From: Mobula hypostoma
Lineage: Eukaryota
Reading direction: 5' to 3'
Assembly: GCF_963921235.1 (NCBI RefSeq)
Contig: NC_086097.1
Location: 26,786,001-26,850,000, forward strand
DNA length: 64,000 nt
The position numbers were made by a program, and so were the translations under genes. The notes beneath the pieces are model-generated. The model searched no databases and was not told the DNA's origin. It worked only from the letters and a program-made list of their open reading frames with translations. Positions 1 through 10,639 of the stretch are shown piece after piece (within the stretch, counting starts at the first letter, position 1; the number at the start of each line of letters is the position of its first letter).

Positions 1-525
1 TACAGTTGTCACACTCCTGAGAATACAGGATCTAAATTTAGGCAGAAGCTAACACGCCACCTTCAACCTTTTCTCCCAAATGGATGCAAAAAATCTAAGT
101 GAGGGCTTATCCCCAGAATTTTAGATTATCATCCCTTCAATCAGGTGTTCACATTTTTTTTAATGGCATGAACCTCAACCATTAACAGAGGGATCCATGG
201 ACCTCAGGTTGGGAACCCCTATCTGAAACCAACAGTTCAAATTCTCTCACTCCTCTTCTCTTCATCTGCCCAGCACCCTCTGGTTCACACCGCTTTCCTT
301 TTCTCCTGTGGTTCACTTTCCCCTCCTATCAGATTCCTTCTTCAGCCCTTTACCTCTTCCACCCATCACCTCCCACCTTAGTTTATCCACTCTCCCTCAC
401 TTTCCTCTGCACCTGGTCGTACATTTCACCTACAAGAGAAAACCTGCAGATGCTGAAAATCTGAGCAACACACACAAAATGATGAAGGAACTCAGCAGGC
501 CAGGCAGCATCTATGGAAAAGAGTA

Positions 526-1138
526 TGTAGGGTTCTCAGTAATATTAACTGTTAACTGCTAATTATAAAATGGCTTCTCTGAAGTGTAATAATGAAATGG
601 CTTCTTTGTAATGTTAACTATGAGGTAATGTTCTCTGTAGTTGAAATGTTTGGGTTATACTTATAGATAACGGAGGAACAAACCAATGGAAGCTATGTTA
701 TTCTATCTGTATGTGTGGGAACCTGGGTGAGTGCGCAGGTTTTTCGGGAGGAGAACCGAAGAGGAAGGACGTGCTGGACGCGCTCTGGTCGAACACCGTG
801 GTTGGTCCCAGGCGGTGGGTCGAGGAGGTCGGAGGAGATCAAATGGTGGAAAGAAGACCCTGTGAATTGAGCTCCAACAGTTGTGCATGAAGTGGTTGAA
901 CTCTAATAAGTTTGGCGCCTTTTACTTTCCGTTTATATTGTATCTCTATTAATTACGTAGTTTCAATAAGATTTATAAAGCGTAATCTGTAAATCGTACA
1001 TTGTGTGCTGTCTGATATTTGATGTGTGAGTTTGTGCCAGGGTGCATTACACAGCAACTACGTAAATGTGAGACACGGTTCGGTGGGCAGACGGGGTTTC
1101 CCCTAGACAAACACGAGCTGATAGCCCTGAGCATTACA
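526..1138 (+). mobile_element. Solo LTR with 4-bp TSD
   Basis: Starts TGTAG, ends ATTACA, flanked by AGTA (522-525 and 1139-1142); interrupts a short repeat that resumes at 1143; 3' half similar to LTR sequence at 30120-30377. Confidence 0.8.
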
Positions 1139-1177
1139 AGTACAAATGACATCTCAGGCCGAGACCCTTCATCAGGA

Positions 1178-1754
1178 CGCTGGGTGGGGAGGTCTCTGTT
1201 TGTGGGAGCTGGGAGAAGACAGGATGGAAGATGGCTGAGGATGGCATCCCTGTTGCACAAGGTGCTTTATGCAGACGAATGGCTTTGAGGAGGAAGGACC
1301 AATACTCCTGTGGGAGAGCTCGTTTTTTCAAGATAGACTTCGAGCGACTTTCGGAAGGTGGTGTGTGCTTTCACGCAGACTATGGGTCTAGCGTGTGAAT
1401 TACAGACAAGTTCAACATTTGAGCTCCACCATGTACATGTAACTGTTTAAGTATAATGGACCTTTTTCCGTTTTTTTCTTTCTTTCCTTTAATAACTGTT
1501 TGCTTAAATTAACAATCTTAAATATACTTCTGATTAATTTAATGCAGTGTACAACCTGTTATTTCTTGCTGACAGATGATTGCCGGGGGCCGTAAATCAC
1601 ACAGCATTCACACAAGCCAGTGTTTGAGTGGGCAAGACATCCCAACCTCACGGATTTGGTGGGACCAAAGTCATATCAACCCTAGATGTACGAAACCTGG
1701 GTATGAAAGATGGGTTTCTCGCTGCAGAGCCCAGTGGCTGTTAGCAAGGGGCTA
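1178..1754 (+). mobile_element. Partial LTR of a related family
   Basis: Shares TGAGCTCCA, ACACAGC and CCCTAGA blocks with the other LTRs and ends in GGGGGCTA like 30369-30377. Confidence 0.5.
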
Positions 1755-1829
1755 ATGAACCGCATTTCCAGAGACGCCCAGTGAAAGGAGGGTTTCATAT
1801 ACAACTCTGAAATTTGTCATATCTTGGGG

Positions 1830-2453
1830 TAGTCCTTTAACATCTGCCGGACGATGCTGAGGATGTTCTACGAGTCTGTGGTGGCCAGTGCTATCATGTT
1901 TGCTGTTGTGTGCTGGGGCAGCAGGCTGAGGGTGGCAGACACCATCAGAGTCAACAAACTCATTCGTAAGGTCAGTGACATTGTGGGGATGGAACTGGAC
2001 TCTCTGACGGTGGTGTCTGAAAAAAGGATGCTGTCTAAGTTGCATGCCATCTTGGTCAATGTCTCCCATCCACTACATAATGTACTGGGTGGGCACAGGA
2101 GTACATTCAGCCAGAGACTCATTCCTCCGAGATGCAGCACAGAGCGTCATAGGATGTCATTCCTGCCTGTGGCCATCAAACTTTACAACTCCTCCCTTGG
2201 CGGGTCAGACACCCTGAGCCGATAGGCTGGTCCTGGACTTATTTCATAATTTACTGGCATAATTTACATATTACTATTTAACTATTTATTACTATTTTTA
2301 TATTACTATTCTATTACTATTTATTATTTCTATGACTATTACTATTTACTAATAGTAATATTACTATTACTATTTATTATTTATGGTGCAACTGTAACGA
2401 AAACCAGTTTCCCCCGGGTTCAATAAAGTATGACTATGACTATGACTATGACT
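1830..2453 (+). mobile_element. Rex1/Babar-type LINE 3' fragment with (TATGAC)n tail
   Basis: ORF MLRMFYESVVASAIMFAVVCWG...SFLPVAIKLYN resembles the ORF2 C-terminus; AATAAA followed by TATGAC repeats. Confidence 0.75.
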
Positions 2454-3539
2454 AAACCAAGAATGAAAAAGAAAAGAAAGGCAGCACAATTATCAACCCC
2501 CAAATCCTTTTTCCTGCACAAAAACCGAACAAAATAAATCAAGCACATTGACCCCCACCCACCGAAATAAAAAAGAGATCAGGCAAAAAAAAACTCTAAG
2601 ACTGAAAAATGAAGTCTATAGTCCAAAGTCCAATTTCAAAACGCTGAAAGAACCTGGACAATGCTCTCCAGGCCTGGATGCAGCAGCAGGCTCTCCCCTC
2701 TCCGGTGCAGAGCAGCTGGTCAAAAAGACAGTCAGCCTCTGCACTTGCCTTGATGTTTCAATCTCTCTCATCGCTTTAGTCGGCGAACAATGGAAGCTTT
2801 AATCGGCAAAGTGGAGCCAAACATTGGCTTCACCCTGTCCTGCAGCCTTTGTGCCACGAGCTTTGCTCAAGCTGCCTCTGTCTCCTGGAATCTCGGAGAC
2901 TGCAGTGCGCTGAAGCGCCCAAACTATCTCCAAACAGCAAAACACGGGGTCCAACACTTCCAGAATCACATTCCAGATGAGAAACAAATGTAAAAGACTT
3001 TAAAAAGTGAAAAAATGGTTTCATAATCGATCCAGAAGATGTTGATCAAAGGAGCGTGTACACACTTCTAAAGTACTTCATTGGCAGCACAGCACTTGGG
3101 GTTAAAGCTCCTGAAAGGAATTGAGTAAATGCAAATTTCTCATCTTGAGCGGGATTGTCCAGCTGTTGAAGGTGATTTCCAGCTGAGGTGCCAAGCATCT
3201 TGCATTGAGTAACATTGTTCAGAAACAGGTCACTTAAGACCATTGCCACAATTCATTACTTCTCCTGTTCTTCCCTGCATCTTGCTGGCTCTTTTATAGT
3301 TTCAGCTTCTAAATGTTTTTCTGATTACATTATTGAGTAAAGATTTTATTATCTTGCCTTCCGGTGATCTTACATTAATTGATCTATACATCCTTGGACA
3401 TGTTTCATCACACCACCAATATTCAGTCCATCACTTCTTCATCAGCTCCTGGTGACTGTGAGTTGTTTTTCTGACCCTCAGCACATTCAGTTCTGTCCAT
3501 GTAATCACATTGCCAACTACAGTGCAGTTGGCATCTCTC

Positions 3540-4050
3540 TGTAGAGGGTTATTGTAGTGATACAGAACCAGGCTGAGAAGAGGCAGATGGAGATCAGTCC
3601 TCAAAATTGTGAAGTGATTCACTTTGGAAGGTCGAACTTGAAGGTAGGGTTAATGGTGGGGTTCTTAACATTGTGGAGGGACAGAGGGATCTTGAGGTCC
3701 ATGTCCATAGATCCCTCAAAGTTGCCACGCAAGTTGATAGAGTTGTTAAGAAAACGTTTGGTGTGTTGGCTTCCATTAGTCGAGGGATTGAGTTCAAGAG
3801 CTACGAGGTAATGTTGCAGCTCTATAGAAACCCTGTAGACCACACTTTGCACACTTGTCACACTATTATAAGAAGGATAAGGAAGCTTTTCAGAGGGTGT
3901 ATAAGAGAGTTACCAGGATATCTGGATTAGAGAGAATGTATTATGTGGAATGGTTGAGCGAGCTATGGCTTAGGGTTTTGCGAGTAGATTAAAAGGTCTG
4001 CACAAGATCATGGGTCGAAGGGCTTGTACTTTGCTGTAGTATTCTATGTT
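3540..4050 (+). mobile_element. Degenerate CR1 LINE 3' fragment
   Basis: CEVIHFGRSN, QRDLEVHVHRSLKVATQVDRVVKK and LASISRGIEFKS are CR1 ORF2 C-terminal motifs. Confidence 0.75.
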
Positions 4051-4964
4051 CATCTGTGTCAGATACAGAAATCTCATTCCAGATATAGAAAACTATATTG
4101 TCACTCCCAGCACAATGCAGTATGCTACCCTGTTGGCAGTGGGGCAAGATGTTTTTTTTTTGCACAGTGGAGGTATCTTTAATGCACTGGCAGGGGTAGT
4201 AGTGGAAGCGGGCAAAATTGTGGGGTTCAGAGGCTTGTGGATAGATGCAGCAATATGCAGGAAATGAAGGACGTGGATCATGTGTGAGCAGAGGGATTGA
4301 CATAATCTGACATTTTGTTTGAACAAGGAACATAACAGCACAGTCAGGCCTTTTGCCCACGATGTCGTGCTGATTTTTTAACCTACTCTTAAGATCTAAC
4401 CCTTCCCTCCCACATAGCCCTCCATTTTTCTATCATCCATTTGCTTATCTAAGAGCTTCTTAAATGTCCCTATTGTATCTAGCTCTACCACTGTCAATGC
4501 ATTCCAACCACTCTGCGTGAAAAGCCTATCTCTGACATTTGCCAGACACTTTCCTCCATTCACCTTAACATTATGCTGCCCCCCCGCCCCCCGTATTAGA
4601 CATTTCCATCCAGGGAATATATGTATATATTTTATACATAGAAGATGCTACCCATGCCACATGCTGGTGACACAGAAATGGGAAGATAATACACTTTAAC
4701 ACTTAGTTAAGGCGGTCATGTTCCCCTTAAACATGTCACCACTCACCCTTAACTCATGACCTCCAGTTCTAGTCTCACTCAACCTTAGTGGAGAAAGTCT
4801 GCTTGCATTTACCCTATCTAGACCTTTTGTAATTTTGAATACCTAGATCAAATCTCGCCTTATTATCTTACACTCCAGGGAAAAAAGGCCGAACCTATTC
4901 AGCCTTTCCCAGTAAATCAGGTCCTCAGGTCCTCAGGTCCCAGGAACACCCTTTTTGCTTCATA

Positions 4965-5435
4965 ATACACATACAGTATATATCGGCTGATGTGGCGCAT
5001 GGTGGAGACCTTCAACAAGGACCACAGGAGGTGCATCTGTTTGGGTTACCCGGAGAAAATGGCAGCCACAGAACACTATATTCACAATGGTCATAAGATT
5101 GACTTTGACAGCACAAAACTGCTGTGCCGTGCCAATAGCTTTTGGGACTGCCTGGTGAAGGAAGCCATTGAAATAAAATTAGAGAAGAAGAATTTTTAAT
5201 CAAAGATGAAGGTCTCGCTCTAAGTAAGAACTGGAATTCAATTGTAAGCAAGGTGGGACAGTAGAAACCTGATTGGACGAGGACTAACCAATCAGGAGGG
5301 ACAGATGACAGGGATATATATACCATTCGACTAGACGTGCCCAGGCTTCATTCCTAGGCAGAGTTTATCATCGAAACATCATTTAAAGTTGATACCTGTA
5401 GCCAGCTGGAAGCCTGAGAAGCATTTATTCGACAG
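4965..5435 (+). mobile_element. Penelope-like element 3' fragment (GIY-YIG endonuclease)
   Basis: YIG followed by DHRRCICLG...EHYIHNGHKIDFDSTKLL...LVKEAIEI, typical of the PLE GIY-YIG C-terminus. Confidence 0.75.
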
Positions 5436-7033
5436 TATATCATCTTACTGTAATTTATAGTCTATTTTGTGTATTGCACTGTACCTCTGCCACAAAACAA
5501 CAGATTTCACAATATATATCAGTCTTAAAACACCTGATTCTGATTCAGTTCTGGAGTTGATGCATCCGAAGTGTTGAGTATGGGTAGCGGTTAGGCAGTT
5601 GCTGACATTGAAAGACTGCAAGCACCAGCCGAGCCAGACTAACAGCCAGCACTGTGTATATCTGGTTGCACGGCAACAGGCAACAGAAAGATAAATCCAT
5701 TGCACTTGGAGCTCCAGACGCACATTCATAAATTGGATGCGCTGACAGATGAGCAGGTTCCCCTGCACCTACTCTCCAAGGAGGCACTTACAGTGCAGGC
5801 CAGTAACTGTTAACAGATATGCAATGCAAAACCAAGATACAGTAAAAAATTTTGGTGCAGCTATTGCAACAAAAGGACTGAGATTTACATGTCATAGGCT
5901 CATGCAAGAGAACCATGTACATCTGTGTTGTTTATTCAGACCGCAGGGTTAGTGCTCTCTCATTTATCAATTGCCAACCTGCTCTGCTTTCACTGCGGTA
6001 TAACACCAGGACACAGCGCCTCACCAGAGCTTGCGTGCAGCCCTTAAAATTCTTCAAAAGGAAAGCCACTCTTCTCGATTTTAATCTGCCTCAAGTATGC
6101 CCTTGCTCACAAGAACAGCAATGTCTTCAAAGAGAACGGTCATAACCAGCAATAAATCCTCAGGGGGAATGCCACTTCAACCTCATTAAATGCCTTTAAT
6201 ACCCGTTTGAACACTTCAGCTCAGCTGCAGATTGCAAACAAGAGTTTTAGCCATATTCTCACCACAGAAATTGTACAGAATGGGAAACTCTTATTTACTC
6301 AAGGCCACACAAAAGTGCAGCATTTTTATTTAAATTTAAAGATTTTAAAGAGATCAGATTTTTCAAAAGGGCCAGTATTCAAATAATTTGAAGCATTTTG
6401 AGATCTCTGTTCCCAACAAGTAGGACCTGGATTGTGCAGGTCATACAGAGGGTTGTGACATCAATTACTGCTTCCTGATCACCTCTCCCTAAAGATCAGT
6501 CAACAAAGTCTGAATGATATCTCCTGTTACAGTTATTGACTGAAAAAACACCATTGTAATAGTGCTACAATCAAATCAAAAGGAAGGACAAGTCTTTCAC
6601 AACTACAGGTTAGTCTAATGCAGGCTACAAGCCAACAATGCTCTTAGACATGTAGTTGCTGTTCTAAAGTTGGAAAAGTGACAGCTAATCTATACCATAA
6701 ACAGCAAAAAATAATGGACTGATAACATGTTTTAGGATAATTAGGGCCAGGGCACCAGACAGAAACTTGGTCGGATTCTTCTTTGCCATTGTATTCTGGT
6801 ATCCCTCGTCCACTGAAAGAATCTGAAGGATGGCACCTATTGTGGACTGGTTGCAAACACAAAAAGCTGGAGGATTGCAGTGTGTCAGACATTATTTTTG
6901 GAGGAGAATGGACAGAAGACATTTCAGTTCATTCCAAACAACAGGAATTCTGCAAATGCTGGAAATTCAAGCAACACACATAAAAGTTGCTGGTGAATGC
7001 AGCAGGCCAGGCAGCATCTCTAGGAAGAGGTGC

Positions 7034-7069
7034 AGTCGACGTTTCAGGCCGAGACCCTTCGTCAGGACT
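7034..7069 (-). ncRNA. Minimal hammerhead ribozyme motif (inverted pLTR copy)
   Basis: Reverse complement of the 8369-8404 motif. Confidence 0.75.
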
Positions 7070-8368
7070 AACTGAAGGAAGAGTGAGTAAGGGATTTGAA
7101 AGTTGGAGGGGGAGGGGGAGATCCAAAATGATAGGAGAAGACAGGAGGGGGAGGGATGGAGCCAAGAGCTGGACAGGTGATAGGCAAAAGGGATACGAGA
7201 GGATCATGGGACAGGAGGTCTGGGAAGAAAGACAAGAGGGGGGGGACCCAGAGGATGGGCAAGGGGTATATTCAGAGGGGCAGAGGGAGAAAAAGGAGAG
7301 TGAGAGAAAGAATGTGTGTATAAAAATAAGTAACGGATGGGGTACGAGGGGGAGGTGGGGCATTAGCGGAAGTTAGAGAAGTCGATGTTCATGCCATCAG
7401 GTTGGAGGCTACCCAGACGGAATATAAGGTGTTGTTCCTCCAACCTGAGTGTGGCTTCATCTTTACAGTAGAGGAGGCCATGGATAGACATGTCAGAATG
7501 GGAATGGGATGTGGAATTAAAATGTGTGGCCACTGGGAGATCCTGCTTTCTCTGGCTTTCCCTCCCCCCCTCTCTCTGCATTCCGCAGGGATCGCTCCCT
7601 ACGCAACTCCCTTGTCCATTCGTACCCCCCATCCCTCCCCACTGATCTCCCTCCTGGCACTTATCCGTGTAAGCGGAACAAGTGCTACACATGCCCTTAT
7701 ACTTCCTCCCTTACCACCATTCAGGGCCCCAAACAGTCCTTCCAGGTGAGGCAACACTTCACCTGTGAGTCGACTGGGGTGATATACTGCGTCCGGTGCT
7801 CCCGATGTGGCCTTTTATATATTGGCGAGACCCGACGCAGACTGGGAGACGGCTTTGCTGAACATCTACGCTCTGTCCGCCAGAGAAAGCAGGATCTCCA
7901 GTGGCCACACATTTTAATTCCACATCCCATGCCCATTCTGACATGTCTATCCACGGCCTCCTCTACTGTAAAGATGAAGCCACACTCAGGTTGGAGAAAC
8001 AACACCTTATATTCCGTCTGGGTAGCCTCCAACCTGATGGCATGAACATCGACTTCTCTAACTTCCGCTAATGCCCCACCTCCCCCTCGTACCCCATCTG
8101 TTACTTATTTTTATACACACATTCTTTCTCTCACTCTCCTTTTTCTCCCTCTGTCCCTCTGAATATACCCGTTGCCCATCCTCTGGGTCCTGCCCCCCCT
8201 CCTTGTCTTTCTTCCTGGACCTCCTGTCCCATGATCCTCTCGTATCCCTTTTGCCTATCACCTGTCCAGCTCTTGGCTCCATCCCTCCCCCTCCTGTCTT
8301 CTCCTATCATTTTGGATCTCCCCCTCCCCCTCCAACTTTCAAATCCCTTACTCACTCTTCCTTCAGTT

Positions 8369-8404
8369 AGTCCTGACGAAGGGTCTCGGCCTGAAACGTC
8401 GACT
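8369..8404 (+). ncRNA. Minimal type I hammerhead ribozyme motif in PLE pLTR
   Basis: AGTC-CTGACGA-AGGGTCTCGGCCT-GAAAC-GTC-GACT: CUGANGA and GAAA core, GUC triplet, stem I AGTC/GACT. Confidence 0.75.
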
Positions 8405-8499
8405 GCACCTCTTCCTAGAGATGCTGCCTGGCCTGCTGTGTTCACCAGCAACTTTTATGTGTGTTGTCAGTTAATTCCAGATGACCCAATTCCCCACTA

Positions 8500-9035
8500 G
8501 ATAATGTTGCAGCTGACTGGACCACATTTGGAATATTGTGTTCAGTTCTGGGTGCCTCATTATAGGAAAGATGTAAAAACTTAGAGGGTTCAGATGAGAT
8601 TCACTAGGATGCTGACTGGGTTGGAGAGCATGTCTTATGAGGATGGTTTGAGCGAGCTAGGGCTTTTCTCTTTGGAGAAGAGGATAAGAAGTGACTTGAT
8701 AGAGATGTACAAGATCATGAAGCATAGATTGAGTGGACAGCCAGCAACTTTGTCCGAGGGTGGAAATGGCTAAGACAAGGGATATAATTTCAAGGTGATG
8801 GGAAGAAATTATAGAGGGGATGTCAGAGGTAGTGTTTTCATGCAGAAGGTGGTGGGTGTGTAGAATGGGCTGCCAGTGGTGGTGTTAGAGGCAGATATAC
8901 TAGGGATATTTAAGAGATTATTAGACACATGGATAGTAAAGAAATGGAGGGCTATGTGAGAGAGAAGGGTTAAATTGATTGTGGAGTATGTTAAAAGATA
9001 AGCACAACAAGGGCCTGCACTGTGCTGTATTCTAA
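8500..9035 (+). mobile_element. Degenerate CR1 3' fragment
   Basis: PHLEYCVQFWVPHYRKDV-like coding sequence followed by a CR1-type 3' UTR. Confidence 0.7.
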
Positions 9036-9420
9036 AATGTTGACTGTCCATTTCCCTCCATAAATGCTGTCTGACCTGTTGGGTGTCTCCAGCTGATTGC
9101 TTGCTCCAGATTCCAGCTTCTCCCTCATCTCTGATTATCAGATAAAGCAAAGCCCTTTGTGTTTCCCCTTCCCTGCCCTCTCCATCTGCCCATCACCCAC
9201 ACATTCCTTCCACCAGTTCCCCTCCCATTCCTTGCACAATCATCCGTCCTTCAACCCTTGATGATGTACATCTCCTCCCAGCTACTTATATCACCTTTCT
9301 CCATCTGTATCCACCTATAAGCTAACAACAGGAATTCTGCAGATGCTGGAAATTCAAGCAACACACATCAAAGTTGCTGGTGAATGCAGCAGGCCAGGCA
9401 GCATCTCTAGGAAGAGGTAC

Positions 9421-9456
9421 AGTCGACGTTTCAGGCTGAGACTCTTCGTCAGGACT
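9421..9456 (-). ncRNA. Minimal hammerhead ribozyme motif
   Basis: Reverse strand AGTC-CTGACGA-AGAGTCTCAGCCT-GAAAC-GTC-GACT; core intact, stem II variant. Confidence 0.65.
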
Positions 9457-10083
9457 AACTGAAGGAAGAGTTAGTAAGAGATTTGAAAGTGGGAGGGGGA
9501 GGGGGAGATCCAATGCTCCCGATGTGGCCTTCTATATATTGGCGAGACCCGACGCAGACTGGGAGACCGCTTTGCTGAACACCTATGCTCTGTCCGCCAG
9601 AGAAAGCAGGATCTCCCAGTGGCCACGCATTTTAATTCCACATCCCATTCCCATTCTGACATGTCTATTCACGGCCTCCTCTACTGTAAAGATGAAGCCA
9701 CACTCAGGTTGGAGGAACAACACCTTATATTCCGTCTGGGTAGCCTTCAACCTGATGGCATGAACATCGACTTCTCTAACTTCTGCTAATGCCCCACCTC
9801 CCCCTCGTACCCCATCCGTTATTTATTTTTATACACACATTCTTTCTCTCACTCTCCTTTTTCTCCCTCTGCCCCTCTGACTATACCCCTTGCCCATCCT
9901 CTGGTTCCCCCCCCCCGCCGTCTTTCTCCCTGGGCCTCCTGTCCCATGATCCTCTCATATCCCCTTTGCCTATCACCTGTCCAGCTCTTGGCTCCATCCC
10001 TCCCCCTCCTGTCTTCTCCTATCATTTTGGATCTCCTCCTCCCCCTCCCACTTTCAAATCTCTTACTAACTCTTCCTTCAGTT

Positions 10084-10119
10084 AGTCCTGACGAAGGGTC
10101 TCGGCCTGAAACGTCGACT
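10084..10119 (+). ncRNA. Minimal hammerhead ribozyme motif
   Basis: AGTC-CTGACGA-AGGGTCTCGGCCT-GAAAC-GTC-GACT. Confidence 0.75.
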
Positions 10120-10639
10120 GTTCCTCTTCCTAGAGATGCTGCCTGGCGTGCTGCGTTCACCAGCAACTTTGATGTGTGTTGCTCCACCTTTAAGGTGCTA
10201 GCTTTTGCTCACCCCTTCATTTTTATACAGTCTATCTCCCCCTTCCAGACTAAATGAGGGGTCTCAACCCAAAACGTCTGTAAGTGTCGGTATGGGGTTT
10301 GTTGGTTATCCCTGTGACTGCGAAGGTTTCCTCTGGGATGCTCCAGTTTCTTCCCACATTCCAAAGACATACGGATTAGGGTTAGTAACTTGTGGACAGG
10401 CTATGTTGGTGCTGGTACTGCAGGCTGCCCAGTACAAATCCTCACAGATTTGATTTGACAGAAATGGCCTATTTTACTGCATGCTTCGATGTCCATGTGA
10501 TAAGTAAAGCTCATCTTTATTTTGTCCCTCCATGGATGCTGCTGTTGAGTGCTTAGCGCATTTTGTGTTGCTCTAGATTCCAACATCTGGAGTCTCTTGC
10601 CTCATCTTTGATTGCATTTATATCAGTAGCGAGTGAGAG

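Larger units (their letters stand above)
6937..8466. mobile_element. Penelope-like element insertion with inverted pLTR (minus copy 6937-7556, plus copy about 7553-8466)
   Basis: PCKRNKCYTC...VIYCVRCSRCGLLYIGET...EHL...VATHFN...EQHLIFRLGSLQPDGMN GIY-YIG domain; about 580-bp inverted arms; TSD TCAGTT(C/A)ATTCCA at 6924-6936 and 8467-8479. Confidence 0.9.
9324..10183. mobile_element. Second Penelope-like insertion of the same family with a shorter inverted pLTR
   Basis: Minus copy 9324-9512, plus copy 9513-10183 with GIY-YIG C-terminus; TSD-like TCCACCT(A/T)TAAG at 9310-9321 and 10183-10194. Confidence 0.88.
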
